Positions 51,956 to 62,179 of a DNA stretch of 64,000 bases are shown here, piece after piece. The DNA is taken from the NCBI GenBank assembly GCA_964530625.1, contig CAZHAK010000012.1, positions 8,654-72,653 on the forward strand, given 5' to 3'. The translations under genes and the position numbers were made by a program. This DNA is from an uncultured Alphaproteobacteria bacterium (GTDB taxonomy: Bacteria; Electryoneota; RPQS01). Positions within the stretch are counted from its first letter, which is position 1. Each line of letters opens with the position of its first letter. The notes below the pieces were generated by a model that made no database searches, was not told the origin of the DNA, and saw only the letters and a list, made by a program, of their open reading frames with translations.

Positions 51956-54900
51956 CTAAGTCACGAGCTCTTTCAACTCAACGTGGCCAACCAAGACTTC
52001 TACCGGGTGACCCCAATCGCGAATGCGGGGATCTCTGGTCAACAAAACTACTTGTCGCTTCGCGGCAATCTGTTCGATTAACTGCCGCGATATGTTCAGA
52101 TGATGATCATCCAATTGTGATAACACATCATCCCAGAAAATCGGAGCACGCTCCGCCACGGAAGTCGCGGAAAGCAGTCCGGCGATTAAACATAGCGCCA
52201 CAAGTTCCGAGACGCCGCGCGACTGCGATTTCAACGCTCGTCGTTGCCCATCGTCCATCACCATGATCCATTCGCTCCCACTCCACGCCACCGACGCGAA
52301 TTTTTCTCCGATTGCCTCAAACACCACGCCTTGAATTATCGCCAGCACCGACTCGCTCGCCTGATCACGCTGTTCAGCCAATTCCGTGGTCAGCACATAG
52401 CACATTGAGCGCGCCGCTTGCATGCTCTTCTCGATTTCCTCAATTTTCGCTTGCGCAGACGCACGCTCGTTCTGCAGTTGCTGATCGGACGGAAAGTTTT
52501 GAACTTGAGCCTGCAAGCCGGGCAGATCAAGCTTTCCAACCTCGTCAGAAAGTCGGTCGGCAAGCTCCAAAGAAGCGTGAGCTTGTGCCGTTAACTCCCG
52601 CATTTGTTCACGGTACTTGACCAACCCTTCTTCCCGTGAGCCGATGGTCGCAAAGAGCGGGTCCAGTTCCTGAATGCGTGCGGTAACCTGAGCCAATTCC
52701 TCTTCGATCATACTTGTTCGCGCGGACAACTCTTGCGGAGACCGCTCAGCACTGAGTTTCGCTTTAGCTTCGCGCAGTCCGGCCTGAAGTGAGTCGCTCT
52801 CTCGAATCGCGGCCAGAATTTCATTTGCTCCAAGCTTCGAAAATGCGCCGCCCACGGATTCATCCAGCGACTCCATTCCTGAAATCACGTCGCGCAATTG
52901 CTGTCGCACGGCCTCCATATCCGGAGTCTTCGCTAGTTCCGATTCGACGCGACTGATTGAAGTCGTCAATTCCTGACGGCGCTTTTTGCGCTCGTTCAGA
53001 GTTTCTATTTCATTGCGCTCAAGAGTTGCAATCTCTTCGCGTAACCGCTGAGACTCAAGTTCCATCTCCGCGCTGCGTGCATGAGTTTCGTCCTCTCTGT
53101 CAAACGAGGTCAGTGCAGCATTCGCCTTCGTCAGATTGGCCGTCAAAGTCCGATAATCGGTCACCCGTCTGCGAATGTCTTCGCGCTCGAGTTTTCGCAA
53201 TACGGCGGGCACAGGGTCATCCGCCGGAGCGTCAACTATTCTTTCGCACATATTCGCCAGAGTCTGTTTGCGTTCGGTCAACCTGACAAATTCATTCCAA
53301 CGCGCTAGCGCGGACTCACGATCAGAAAACATTGTGAACATCTGCAAATCTCTACGCAATGCTTCCCGTTCCGAAAGCGCCGACTGCTGCAGATGCTGCA
53401 ACGTCTCTATCTTGCGGACATGGTCATCCGCGTCTTCCTCGTAGTTTGGCGAAGTCAACCGGCCGATGGCATACCCGGCTCCTCCTCCAATCACCGCGCC
53501 GAAGAAACCAACGTCCCAGCCCAAAGTTAGACCACTCGGCACACCTGCCACGGCCGCACCCAGCACAGACATAATCACTTTCGTACCGGCTCCAGAGCCT
53601 TTGATCTGCAACTCGACGACTTTGCGGCGCAAGTCGGCCAACTCGGTTTCGCGAGCAGTCACCGCCTCCTGCAGGGCGAAGAGCTTTTCTATCCGCGCCG
53701 GTGTATCCGTTGAAAGTGTGAAAAATTCTGCAAACTCTTTGATCAGTCTCTCGTTAACACGCTCAAGTTCCGCTTGTTGCTTCCCCGTATCGACTTGTTG
53801 CCTGTCGTCAGAGTCGTTCTCGTCTGAGTCAATATACCGCTCGAGCGCCAGCCATTCGTCCGGACCCAGCGCGGCAAGCTCTCCATATTTTTCCGTGCGT
53901 TGCTTTTCCAAACCGTCGCGCTGTCTGAGTAAATCAATCCTCGTGCGTGATAGATCTTTTGAGATACCCTCCAATTCTGCAAGCCTCACATACAACGGTT
54001 GCGTCACCGGCCCCGGCGACTCGCTTGCGGACATCTCTGAAATTTCCTTCTGAAGTCGACTGATGGTCTCTGAGAGCTCGGCAGATTTTCCTTCGTTCGC
54101 TCTTAGCTGCGCCGCAAGAGTATTGCGCGCTTCAGATAACCTCAGATAGTCTTGTGCAAGCTGCTCCGCGTTGTCGCCCAGCTCCCGTGTGATAGAGTGT
54201 ACCGCTTCGAGCCGCTCCTGCAATTGCGCGAATTGACTCCGCGCGGATTCAACGCTGTTCCATGAACTCCGAAGTTCAGCCGCCCAAAGCTCTAAATGAA
54301 CACACCGTTCAGCCAGCTCGATCTTGCTGTCAAGATCTTTCTTCTCCTCGGACGAAACATTCGCCGCCAATTCCGCATCCGTGATCCGCTCTTGCAACTC
54401 GCCGCTCTTCTCTTCCGCGACACGTAGTTTTTCGCGCAGCGCATGGGAGTTCAATAACTGCTGCTCGATCCGCGAGACATCAGCGTGCAAGTTCAGGAGT
54501 CGCGATTGCCCATCACCTTCCGTCAATGATTTAAGTCGGCGTTGCCATACATCAAATTCTCGCTGTAGCGGCACACTAGTCATCTCCGCTGCCCAGTCCA
54601 AAAGTTCTTGCTCAGGTGCCTTCCACTCTCCGTTCAAAACAAAATTCGGCAACGCTTCAGGCATCGTTTCAACCGGCAGGAACAGATCCGTAAACGGGCT
54701 GTATTGTCCCAAACTATCCGCTTGTTCCGAATGTTGCCTTACCTGACCGCTCTCAGTATCCAATGACCACTCGCGCTTGATCGGCCCCAGCTGTCCGACC
54801 ACCGTCACGCGCAGAAGCCCCGCCTTGAACAAACTATGCCGCAAGCTCTCAGTATGGTTGGGCAATGTCGCCGCCATCACTGCCGAACACAAGAGCGTCT

Positions 54901-55057
54901 TTCCGCCGCCGTTTCCCGCAGCAAAAACATTCAGGCCATCGCCTCGTAATTTCCACGTTACCTGCTCAGCCCCAAGCAGGCTCGGCTTGCCGGACAATTG
55001 AACGAACTGGAGAGAGAAAATGGGAGGGTGTCCTGACTGTCGCGGCATTCGGTTCAC
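51956..55057 (-). CDS. SbcC/Rad50/SMC-like ABC ATPase with a long coiled coil and a central glycine-zipper transmembrane hairpin.
   Basis: The N-terminus has Walker A (NVFAAGNGGGKTLL). The C-terminus has a degenerate signature (SRGVSELVALCLIAGL), Walker B/D-loop (PIFWDDVLSQLD) and an H-loop (QVVLLTRD). About 850 aa of heptad-rich coiled coil is interrupted by GAGTKVIMSVLGAAVAGVPSGLTLGWDVGFFGAVIGGGAGYAIG. The start may be the ATG at 55048 (MPRQSG...). Confidence 0.7.
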   Translation of the reverse strand: MNRMPRQSGHPPIFSLQFVQLSGKPSLLGAEQVTWKLRGDGLNVFAAGNGGGKTLLCSAVMAATLPNHTESLRHSLFKAGLLRVTVVGQLGPIKREWSLDTESGQVRQHSEQADSLGQYSPFTDLFLPVETMPEALPNFVLNGEWKAPEQELLDWAAEMTSVPLQREFDVWQRRLKSLTEGDGQSRLLNLHADVSRIEQQLLNSHALREKLRVAEEKSGELQERITDAELAANVSSEEKKDLDSKIELAERCVHLELWAAELRSSWNSVESARSQFAQLQERLEAVHSITRELGDNAEQLAQDYLRLSEARNTLAAQLRANEGKSAELSETISRLQKEISEMSASESPGPVTQPLYVRLAELEGISKDLSRTRIDLLRQRDGLEKQRTEKYGELAALGPDEWLALERYIDSDENDSDDRQQVDTGKQQAELERVNERLIKEFAEFFTLSTDTPARIEKLFALQEAVTARETELADLRRKVVELQIKGSGAGTKVIMSVLGAAVAGVPSGLTLGWDVGFFGAVIGGGAGYAIGRLTSPNYEEDADDHVRKIETLQHLQQSALSEREALRRDLQMFTMFSDRESALARWNEFVRLTERKQTLANMCERIVDAPADDPVPAVLRKLEREDIRRRVTDYRTLTANLTKANAALTSFDREDETHARSAEMELESQRLREEIATLERNEIETLNERKKRRQELTTSISRVESELAKTPDMEAVRQQLRDVISGMESLDESVGGAFSKLGANEILAAIRESDSLQAGLREAKAKLSAERSPQELSARTSMIEEELAQVTARIQELDPLFATIGSREEGLVKYREQMRELTAQAHASLELADRLSDEVGKLDLPGLQAQVQNFPSDQQLQNERASAQAKIEEIEKSMQAARSMCYVLTTELAEQRDQASESVLAIIQGVVFEAIGEKFASVAWSGSEWIMVMDDGQRRALKSQSRGVSELVALCLIAGLLSATSVAERAPIFWDDVLSQLDDHHLNISRQLIEQIAAKRQVVLLTRDPRIRDWGHPVEVLVGHVELKELVT

Positions 55058-55345
55058 GTATGGGAGTTGCCTTGAGGGTGTGCATAACTGATATTAACTA
55101 TAGCAAGCAATATACATTTGCTCGCCCGTAAAGACAAGTATTCTAAGTATCTTCGAAACAAGTCACGACAGAAGTGTGCAAAACTTGCAAAATACGGCCA
55201 ATTGTTTTTTCACGACTTGAATGGTTCGATTGCCAAGCACCATTCCGCCTGCCTCTCTTCAGCGCAGTATCAAAATCATTCAGAATAGTAGTTAGTCTCA
55301 AGAAAATTTCGTAAAATTAGAGCGGTTCCGGCTAATGAAACCTTA

Positions 55346-56140
55346 TTGACCCATATGCGACTGGCACTGACTCTGATTCTTGGTATTTTCACATTGGGGG
55401 AGGCCGCAATCGCCGCAGACTTCGTGCGGCTGAAAAGCGGCCGCCTGATAGAGGGCGCGGTCATCCGACAAGATACAATCGCCGTCTATCTCGCCCCGTG
55501 GGATCAGCGCGCCCTCAGGCAGCCAGAGCTTCAAGTTTTCGCCCGCGACGAAGTGGAATCAATCTGGCTCGGCGGCAAACCCGCCAAAGGTGTTAGACGC
55601 AAATACACTCCGCGGCCTGGACTTGTTGAATTAGGCGGCGGATTGGGACTGCAAACATGGGCCTCCACCTTGCATCAGCGCCGACATCTTATCCAGTTTT
55701 CGACGCTGGTAGGAACTTCTATCAGTGACTATCTCGGCATGGAGTTAGTCGGTGAGATGACGGCGCCATTTGGTAAATCCGCCGATCCCGGTTTTGATTC
55801 GCTGCAATTCTCATATCAGCTTGCGCTTCACCTTGTAGGCACGCTGAAAACCAAAAGCCCGTTCACTCCGTTCGCGTATGTAGGCGCAGGAATCGGCCGC
55901 GACGTCTCGACCGCTGGCGTAACCTTGACCAAACACGCGGATGACAGGAATCTGGTGGAAGTCGGCATCGGGGCCAAACTCGGTTTCGGCGGTGTCGGGC
56001 TCCGCACAGAGATTCGCCATGCATACTATGAATGGAACAAGACTATTTACATCGGCTCGTCCAACGGGCGCGACTACTACACGACACGGCAATCCGCGGA
56101 CGCGACCAGCATGCGTGTCTCGCTGTTCACATACTTTTGA
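55346..56140 (+). CDS. Outer-membrane beta-barrel protein (OmpW/OmpA-like small barrel).
   Basis: It has a signal peptide (MRLALTLILGIFTLGEAAIA). Alternating hydrophobic beta-strand patterns are present. The C-terminal residue is aromatic (...VSLFTYF). The likely start is the ATG at about 55355. Confidence 0.5.
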   Translation: MTHMRLALTLILGIFTLGEAAIAADFVRLKSGRLIEGAVIRQDTIAVYLAPWDQRALRQPELQVFARDEVESIWLGGKPAKGVRRKYTPRPGLVELGGGLGLQTWASTLHQRRHLIQFSTLVGTSISDYLGMELVGEMTAPFGKSADPGFDSLQFSYQLALHLVGTLKTKSPFTPFAYVGAGIGRDVSTAGVTLTKHADDRNLVEVGIGAKLGFGGVGLRTEIRHAYYEWNKTIYIGSSNGRDYYTTRQSADATSMRVSLFTYF

Positions 56141-56154
56141 TCTTGGAGATCACC

Positions 56155-59073
56155 ATGCGCCCGCAAAAGATTCTTAGCATCATATACATCGCGCTGATTT
56201 CAACGACCGCGTTCGCCGCTCAGGATTACTCCGTGGAGTTGCTGACGAAGGCTCTCGTAAAGAGCGAACAGCTTGAGTCGGGCACACTTGCCGACTGGAA
56301 GCGCGTGCGTTCAGAAGGCTTTGACGGATACGGAGTATACTGGGGAATTCCCGTCACTCTCGATGCGAAATCTTCCGGACAATCACTTGCAGAGTCCATC
56401 GCCTCAGAGCTTGACCTTGCCGATGAGTATACACTGCTTGCCTCACACGTATCTCCCACTCGCGAGTACGAGATATTCAGAGAACTCCGTAACGGACTAC
56501 CTGTGATTGGCGGCAGACTTGATATTGCCCTGAACAAAGCAGGACAGCTTACACGAGTCACTCACACGAGCTTCTCGAAGTGGAACACAAGCGGCATGCA
56601 TGCTCTGAGTCCGTTTGTCGCGGCAACGTATCTAACAGCGAACCTCGAACCAGCGAATTGGCAAGTGGTCAATGAAGAATCCTTCGCCTGCTGGTACCCG
56701 GATGCCGACGCGAGAAATTTGCGCGCAGCCTACTGGCTGAAAGTTGCAGGATCCCAGCCGCACCAAAGGTATTTTGGAATTGTAGACGCCCAGTCCGGCA
56801 AAATTTTGCTGGAATGGCCGGGCATCGCACACGAGGTGCTTACGTTGAATGTAGACCAGCCCTATTGGCAGCCCTACGATCATAGTCAGGTCTTGGAAGC
56901 GCCTTGCCAGCATCAATCAGTCAGAATAAACGGCTCAACCTTTACGACCAACGCATCCGGCGCTGTATCCGCTGAAGCCGGGTCTCAAGCGAACGTGGAC
57001 GCCTACCTGCAAGGATCATTTGTGGAAGTCGGAGAGCACGAAGAATCAAACGTCCCGTGGCAGAGCGCAACTTACTCCGCGCCCTTCGTCAACAATGAAT
57101 TTTTTTGGGATCAAGATCACACCAGCCGCCCGGCCCTTAATCTCTACTACCACACGATGTTTATTCACGACTGGTACAAGATTCTTGATCCTCCCTATGA
57201 CGCATTGGACTATCCGGTGCCCGCTGTTGCAAACTATGGCAACAGTTACGACAACGCGTTTTGGAACGGCTACGGAACTTACTACGGTTCAGGTATGACC
57301 TACGGGAATTTTGCGATGTACTCCGATGTGATCTACCACGAATACACACACGGAGTGACCGATGGAATCTATCCCGACGGTACGTTGCCCTACACGGGGC
57401 AGTCGGGCGCCATGAATGAAGCGTGGTCGGATTACTTTGCCTGCACGATCAATGGGGATCATTTAATGGGTGAGTGGCTGACGGGAAATGCCACCAGTTA
57501 TTTTCGCAATCTTCTCAGCACGACCATTTATCCACAAAATTGGGTCGGACAAGTGCATGGCGACAGCCCGTTTATCTCCGCGCCGCTGTGGACTATCCGC
57601 AATGAATTAGGCGTCGGCTACGGTGATTCCCTCGCTCACTTCGCTCGCTATGCGCTGGCGGAAACTTTCTTCGACTACTTCTTGGCTGTGCTGGAAACCG
57701 ATGACACGGACGGGAATCTCGCCAATGGCACACCGAATGACTACGTGATTTACGACGCCTTCGGCAGACACGGCATCGGACCGGGCGTAAAGCCCAATTT
57801 GGTCATTCGTAACTTTGTTATTGACGATTCGGACGGCAACGGCAACGGTTTTGCGGAAGCGGGTGAAAATGTGACCATGACGTTTTCCATTGTCAATGAC
57901 GTGACGCTCTTCCCGCCATTTGTCACGAACGCGGTGCTTCATACTGTTACGGACGACAACACAATCTCTCTCGGAGACACGGAGTTTTCGTTAGGCACGA
58001 TTGGCCCGCGCGACTCGATTCAAATCGGGCCGAACGCTGTGACCGTTTCATCAGGCGCTACGGAACATTGGGCGGTAGTTCGTCTTGACGTGACCTCAGA
58101 TCAATTTTCAGAAGAGTTCGAAACCCCGTTGGAATTCGTGATCGGTGTTCCAAAAGTGCACGTCGTCACGCGCGCGCTTGCAACGGATGTTGACCAATAT
58201 GTCACAGGCTCACTGCGTACCATGGACAAGATATTTGTGCACAAGCGTTTAAACTCATCGCAAGGCCTGGATCTGTCCGCACTGCCTGATACAGGCATGG
58301 TTGTTTGGTTGTCCGGCGACGCAACGAACTCCGGTTTGTCTGAGCAAGACATCACCACACTGACCGCTCATGTCGGCGGCGGTGGTCGCCTGGTGCTGTC
58401 CGGGAAAAATATTCTGGGTGGAATCACGGGCAGCGATTTTGCTCGCAATACTCTGGGCGTGGACGCTGTGGGCCGTTCCCGCTTGAGGATGACAACAAGA
58501 ATGAATATGCCCTTTGCCGAAGGCGACGTGTATCTATTGACAGGATCAGGCGGTGCGGCTAATCAAGATAGCATGACGATGCTGGACGTTATGACCAACT
58601 CAACTCCCGTGCTCAGGTTTGGTCCATCAGGTAATGACATTTCCGCTGTCGCCGGACCGATTGGCGGACGAACTCTCGTCTTCGGTTTTGGCATAGAAGG
58701 GATTGTCGACAATTCCCCGATCGGAAATCAATCGCGTGCTGTCTTCCTCTCGCGGCTGCTCGACTGGGCGGGCCACCCGACACCAGCCGATGATCACATA
58801 GCCCCCGTTTGGCGACCCAATGATTTCGCGCTGCAAGCAGCTTATCCGAATCCATTCAACAGCACAGTGCGACTGGATTACAACATCGGCAACGCAAAAA
58901 ACGCGCGTCTAGTCTTTTTCGATGTCTTAGGCAGAGAAGTTCATCGAGACAATTTGCCCGCTCAGTCAAACGTTTATTCGTGGCAGCCGAGCCTTGCCTC
59001 AGGCGTGTACTTCGCCATTCTGCAATCGGATTTTCAAACATCCGCGCCGCAGAAGTTAATGCTGCTTCGTTAA
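56155..59073 (+). CDS. Secreted M4/M36-type zinc metallopeptidase (thermolysin/fungalysin-like) with a T9SS C-terminal sorting domain.
   Basis: I trimmed the start to the ATG preceded by GGAGATCACC (MRPQKILSIIYIALISTTAFA signal peptide). The HEYTHGVTD (HExxH) motif and the downstream GAMNEAWSDYF (third Zn ligand Glu) are present. The C-terminus YPNPFNSTVRLDY...GVYFAILQ...LMLLR matches the T9SS CTD. The ORF-track start at 56032 overlaps the upstream gene. Confidence 0.75.
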   Translation: MRPQKILSIIYIALISTTAFAAQDYSVELLTKALVKSEQLESGTLADWKRVRSEGFDGYGVYWGIPVTLDAKSSGQSLAESIASELDLADEYTLLASHVSPTREYEIFRELRNGLPVIGGRLDIALNKAGQLTRVTHTSFSKWNTSGMHALSPFVAATYLTANLEPANWQVVNEESFACWYPDADARNLRAAYWLKVAGSQPHQRYFGIVDAQSGKILLEWPGIAHEVLTLNVDQPYWQPYDHSQVLEAPCQHQSVRINGSTFTTNASGAVSAEAGSQANVDAYLQGSFVEVGEHEESNVPWQSATYSAPFVNNEFFWDQDHTSRPALNLYYHTMFIHDWYKILDPPYDALDYPVPAVANYGNSYDNAFWNGYGTYYGSGMTYGNFAMYSDVIYHEYTHGVTDGIYPDGTLPYTGQSGAMNEAWSDYFACTINGDHLMGEWLTGNATSYFRNLLSTTIYPQNWVGQVHGDSPFISAPLWTIRNELGVGYGDSLAHFARYALAETFFDYFLAVLETDDTDGNLANGTPNDYVIYDAFGRHGIGPGVKPNLVIRNFVIDDSDGNGNGFAEAGENVTMTFSIVNDVTLFPPFVTNAVLHTVTDDNTISLGDTEFSLGTIGPRDSIQIGPNAVTVSSGATEHWAVVRLDVTSDQFSEEFETPLEFVIGVPKVHVVTRALATDVDQYVTGSLRTMDKIFVHKRLNSSQGLDLSALPDTGMVVWLSGDATNSGLSEQDITTLTAHVGGGGRLVLSGKNILGGITGSDFARNTLGVDAVGRSRLRMTTRMNMPFAEGDVYLLTGSGGAANQDSMTMLDVMTNSTPVLRFGPSGNDISAVAGPIGGRTLVFGFGIEGIVDNSPIGNQSRAVFLSRLLDWAGHPTPADDHIAPVWRPNDFALQAAYPNPFNSTVRLDYNIGNAKNARLVFFDVLGREVHRDNLPAQSNVYSWQPSLASGVYFAILQSDFQTSAPQKLMLLR

Positions 59074-59135
59074 ACTTACTTTCGATAAACAAGAAACGGG
59101 ACGCCAGCGCGTCCCGTTGTCATTTCTCTTAGGCT

Positions 59136-59960
59136 CTATTTCTTCTTCTGACATCCCGGACAGTAGTAGGTCGAGCGCTGTGCTTGCACGATCTTTTTAA
59201 TCCTTTTGCCGCATCTCAAACACTCCTCATCTTCGCGATCATAGACACGGAACTCTTTCGCGTACGCGCCGTACTTTCCGTCCGGACTCATAAAGTCGCG
59301 CAAGGTCGAGCCGCCTTTCGTCAAAGCCGTCCGAAGCACCTCAGGCACAGCTTCGCACAATCGCTCACACTGCCGGACGGACAATAGTTTGGCACTCTTG
59401 CGCGGATCAATTCCACTAACCCAACAAACTTCGCTCGCATAAATATTCCCGATCCCCGCCCAGAGCGACTGATCCAACAGTACAACCTTAATCGCTTGCG
59501 TGCGAGTCGTCAACGCAGCTTTTAACTCGGAGCCGGTGATTCTTTCCTCCAATGGCTCCCATCCCAGACGGCGCAGCTCTTTAACACCCGACGCGCTCCT
59601 GTGATACCGAATCGTCCCCAGCGTCCGCACGTCACGAAAATAGAGCGATTCAGTTCTGTCATCCAAAGCGAAACCCGCTCGCAGATGCTCATGCGGAGAC
59701 TCTTCCGTTGCTGCGACATACAACCTGCCCGTCATGCGCAGATGCACCAGAAGCAATCCGCGCTCGAGTGTCAGCAAAATGTATTTACCCCGCCGCGTGA
59801 CGGACACAATATTCTGATCCTTGACGACGCGATTAAGTTCTTGAGCGGTCATCGTGCCAAGCTGACGCGGAATAGTAGCCCACGCTCCCCTTAGGACTCT
59901 GCCCACAACAGCAGGGCGAAGCTCGCGCACGACCGTTTCAACTTCAGGCAGTTCAGGCAT
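59136..59960 (-). CDS. mutM: Formamidopyrimidine-DNA glycosylase.
   Basis: It begins MPELPEVETV (the catalytic Pro2/Glu3 N-terminus). It has an H2TH domain and a C-terminal zinc finger CLRCG...CPGCQ. Confidence 0.85.
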   Translation of the reverse strand: MPELPEVETVVRELRPAVVGRVLRGAWATIPRQLGTMTAQELNRVVKDQNIVSVTRRGKYILLTLERGLLLVHLRMTGRLYVAATEESPHEHLRAGFALDDRTESLYFRDVRTLGTIRYHRSASGVKELRRLGWEPLEERITGSELKAALTTRTQAIKVVLLDQSLWAGIGNIYASEVCWVSGIDPRKSAKLLSVRQCERLCEAVPEVLRTALTKGGSTLRDFMSPDGKYGAYAKEFRVYDREDEECLRCGKRIKKIVQAQRSTYYCPGCQKKK

Positions 59961-61173
59961 CAGGATGCTCTTTCAGAAAGTCTCCAACTAAGTAGAATGA
60001 TCCGCAAATCACCGAGCGTGAAGTTTCCGGCAAGGCTAAGATTTCTTCATATGCAGTAGCTCGCTCCACAACTCGCACCCGAAAGCCCAATTCCGCCCCG
60101 ATATTCGCCAACGCATCTGCGGTATATGTCCGCGGCGTCGGCGCGGACGTCACCCACAATTCATCAATGACTCCCGTCAACTGCCGAAGCGACTCGCGTG
60201 CGTCCTTGTCCTTCATCATGGCCACAAGTGCAATTCGCTTTGCAATCTTCGTTTCAAGTCGCAGCGACTCGGCAAGCGCCGCAAACGATGCCGGATTGTG
60301 ACACACGTCAAGCATGACGTTAGGATGACTCACAAGATCTTGTTGACGACCCATAACCTTAAGACCCGAAAGACTGTTCCGCACGTCATCATCCGAAAGT
60401 CCGCTGTCCAAACTCCTAACAGCAGCAACCGCCACGCTCAAATTATGGTTCTGAAATTCACCGGGCATAGGAATCATAAAATCTTCAATCAAAGCAAAGT
60501 CGCGCCCTTCAAGAAATAACTTTGCCTCTTTCCGTGCCACTGCGTGCTCGATCTCAACTGCAGCCTCTTCTGCCTGCCAAACACTGAAGCAATTCATTCC
60601 CTGTTTTATTATTCCGCTCTTGTCTGCCGCGATAGCCCCAAGCGTCTTACCCAGAATATGCGTGTGATCAAAATCAATCCTGGTTAAAATCGCCGTAGTC
60701 TTTATCAAAACGTTCGTTGCGTCAAAACTTCCCCCCAATCCCGTCTCGACGACATGCGCGGTCGTGCCGAGTCGTTGCGCGCACCACAAGTAAAAAGCGA
60801 ATATCGTTTCAAAATAAGTCAGTTTAGTTGCTGCATCGCGCACTGCAGCAATTCCTTCACACCACAATTCGTCCGGCAAATCCCTTCCGTCAAGCTGCAC
60901 TCGCTCTTTTGGCGACACCAAATGCGGACTCGTGAAAGTCAGTGCTGAGTGATTCGTCGTCAAGAGCGCCTGACACATCGCGGCCACCGATCCTTTCCCG
61001 ACGGTTCCGGCGATGTGAAGGCAATGCGAAAGTTCAAGTGGAAGTTTAAGTTGACGGGCGGCTTCAAACACCAGCTCAAGTTTAGGCCGGTCGCGGCTAC
61101 CGCCGAGCGGAAACTCGACTTCATAGTTAATCAATGAGTCGAGGTATACCAGAACCTCTTTGAAACTATTCAC
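59953..61173 (-). CDS. folC: Folylpolyglutamate synthase / dihydrofolate synthase (Mur-ligase family).
   Basis: It has the P-loop HIAGTVGKGS. Mur ligase central and C-terminal domains are present. It overlaps the mutM start by 8 nt. Confidence 0.8.
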   Translation of the reverse strand: MNSFKEVLVYLDSLINYEVEFPLGGSRDRPKLELVFEAARQLKLPLELSHCLHIAGTVGKGSVAAMCQALLTTNHSALTFTSPHLVSPKERVQLDGRDLPDELWCEGIAAVRDAATKLTYFETIFAFYLWCAQRLGTTAHVVETGLGGSFDATNVLIKTTAILTRIDFDHTHILGKTLGAIAADKSGIIKQGMNCFSVWQAEEAAVEIEHAVARKEAKLFLEGRDFALIEDFMIPMPGEFQNHNLSVAVAAVRSLDSGLSDDDVRNSLSGLKVMGRQQDLVSHPNVMLDVCHNPASFAALAESLRLETKIAKRIALVAMMKDKDARESLRQLTGVIDELWVTSAPTPRTYTADALANIGAELGFRVRVVERATAYEEILALPETSRSVICGSFYLVGDFLKEHPDA

Positions 61174-61716
61174 GAAAGTAAGAGTAGAATGGGCTAAGGG
61201 AAGACGTTATCTATACAAAGATACGCAGATGCCTTCTGACGCGCAAGGTGTGTGAAGAAATACAAACGGACGGAGTAATTCCGCGTTGCGCCGGAGCAAC
61301 CTGCAAGGAATCGTGCAGAATGCACGGAGAGGAGTGAGAGGAGGCTTAAGAGCTCGTGCGTGGTTTTTTTGCCCCAGCCGTTAAGCCGGTTTCCGCAGAC
61401 GAAGTCATCCAGCCCTTTACGCTATGCCATAACATCGTAAAGAAGTTTTTACGATGGGAGCTTGTTGAATTCTCAGAGGTTTTGCCGCATGTGGACCCGT
61501 AAAAGGGCACATGATTTTGGTCCGTCCACTGATCGAATTCGGGTTGCGGTTTCATAATAAATGGGTTGTATAAAAATTCTTTTGGTTGGTCTGCTCCCCT
61601 TGCGCCGGGGCAATAGGAGCAGTATATTTACTACAGTTCGATGAAGAAGCTGCGGCCACGCGGGTGTCCGCTAGATTAGATGATTTTCTTATTATTGATA
61701 CAGCAAGGAGCAGCCG

Positions 61717-61995
61717 ATGTCCACATTTGAAGAAACTATGGAAAACAGCCGGGTCTTTCTGACTTACAGTTTGGCAATGACGATGCTCGGAAAATCCGCG
61801 CAGATTCTGGCCGAGCGCGGCGCAGATGCCAAAGCGATGAGCTTTGTGACCACGGGAATCGAGCTTCTGGCCAAGCAGCTCCGGGACTATGCGGATAGCA
61901 AGGATCTCGATGACGGTGCTGAGAAAGAACTCGACAGCCTGTGCAAGATGCTGGATATCCAGCGGGCCAACGGCGGAGCCGCTCCCTCCGCGTAA
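61717..61995 (+). CDS. Small hypothetical helical protein (92 aa).
   Basis: A strong SD (AAGGAGCAGCCG) sits upstream of the ATG. A terminator follows. The ORF is predicted all-alpha. The overlapping minus-strand ORF 61552..62007 lacks such signals. Confidence 0.5.
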   Translation: MSTFEETMENSRVFLTYSLAMTMLGKSAQILAERGADAKAMSFVTTGIELLAKQLRDYADSKDLDDGAEKELDSLCKMLDIQRANGGAAPSA

Positions 61996-62009
61996 TGGGC
62001 AAACCAACT

Positions 62010-62053
62010 TGGTGTAAAAGAAGCCGGTGACACTGAATGTGCACCGGCTTCTC
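62010..62053. terminator. Rho-independent terminator between convergent genes.
   Basis: GAAGCCGGTGacactgaatgtgCACCGGCTTC is followed by TCTATTCTTATT on the plus strand, and by TTTTAC on the minus strand. Confidence 0.55.
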
Positions 62054-62179
62054 TATTCTTATTGCGTTCCGTCAAGCGGGATTACGCGAAGCAAGTTCCC
62101 GCCGGAACGTCAAGCAAAATCGAAAATCTCAAGCACACGCGTCAGCTCATCCAGTCCAGCGGCACGCTGGCGCTGGTGG

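Noticed and set aside
61552-62007. 151-aa minus-strand ORF overlapping the plus-strand 92-aa small protein. Also the 61346-61555 (-) ORF.
   Set aside because: There is no SD and the composition is odd. The plus-strand ORF has a strong SD and terminator, and its terminator polarity fits. I kept only the plus-strand call.
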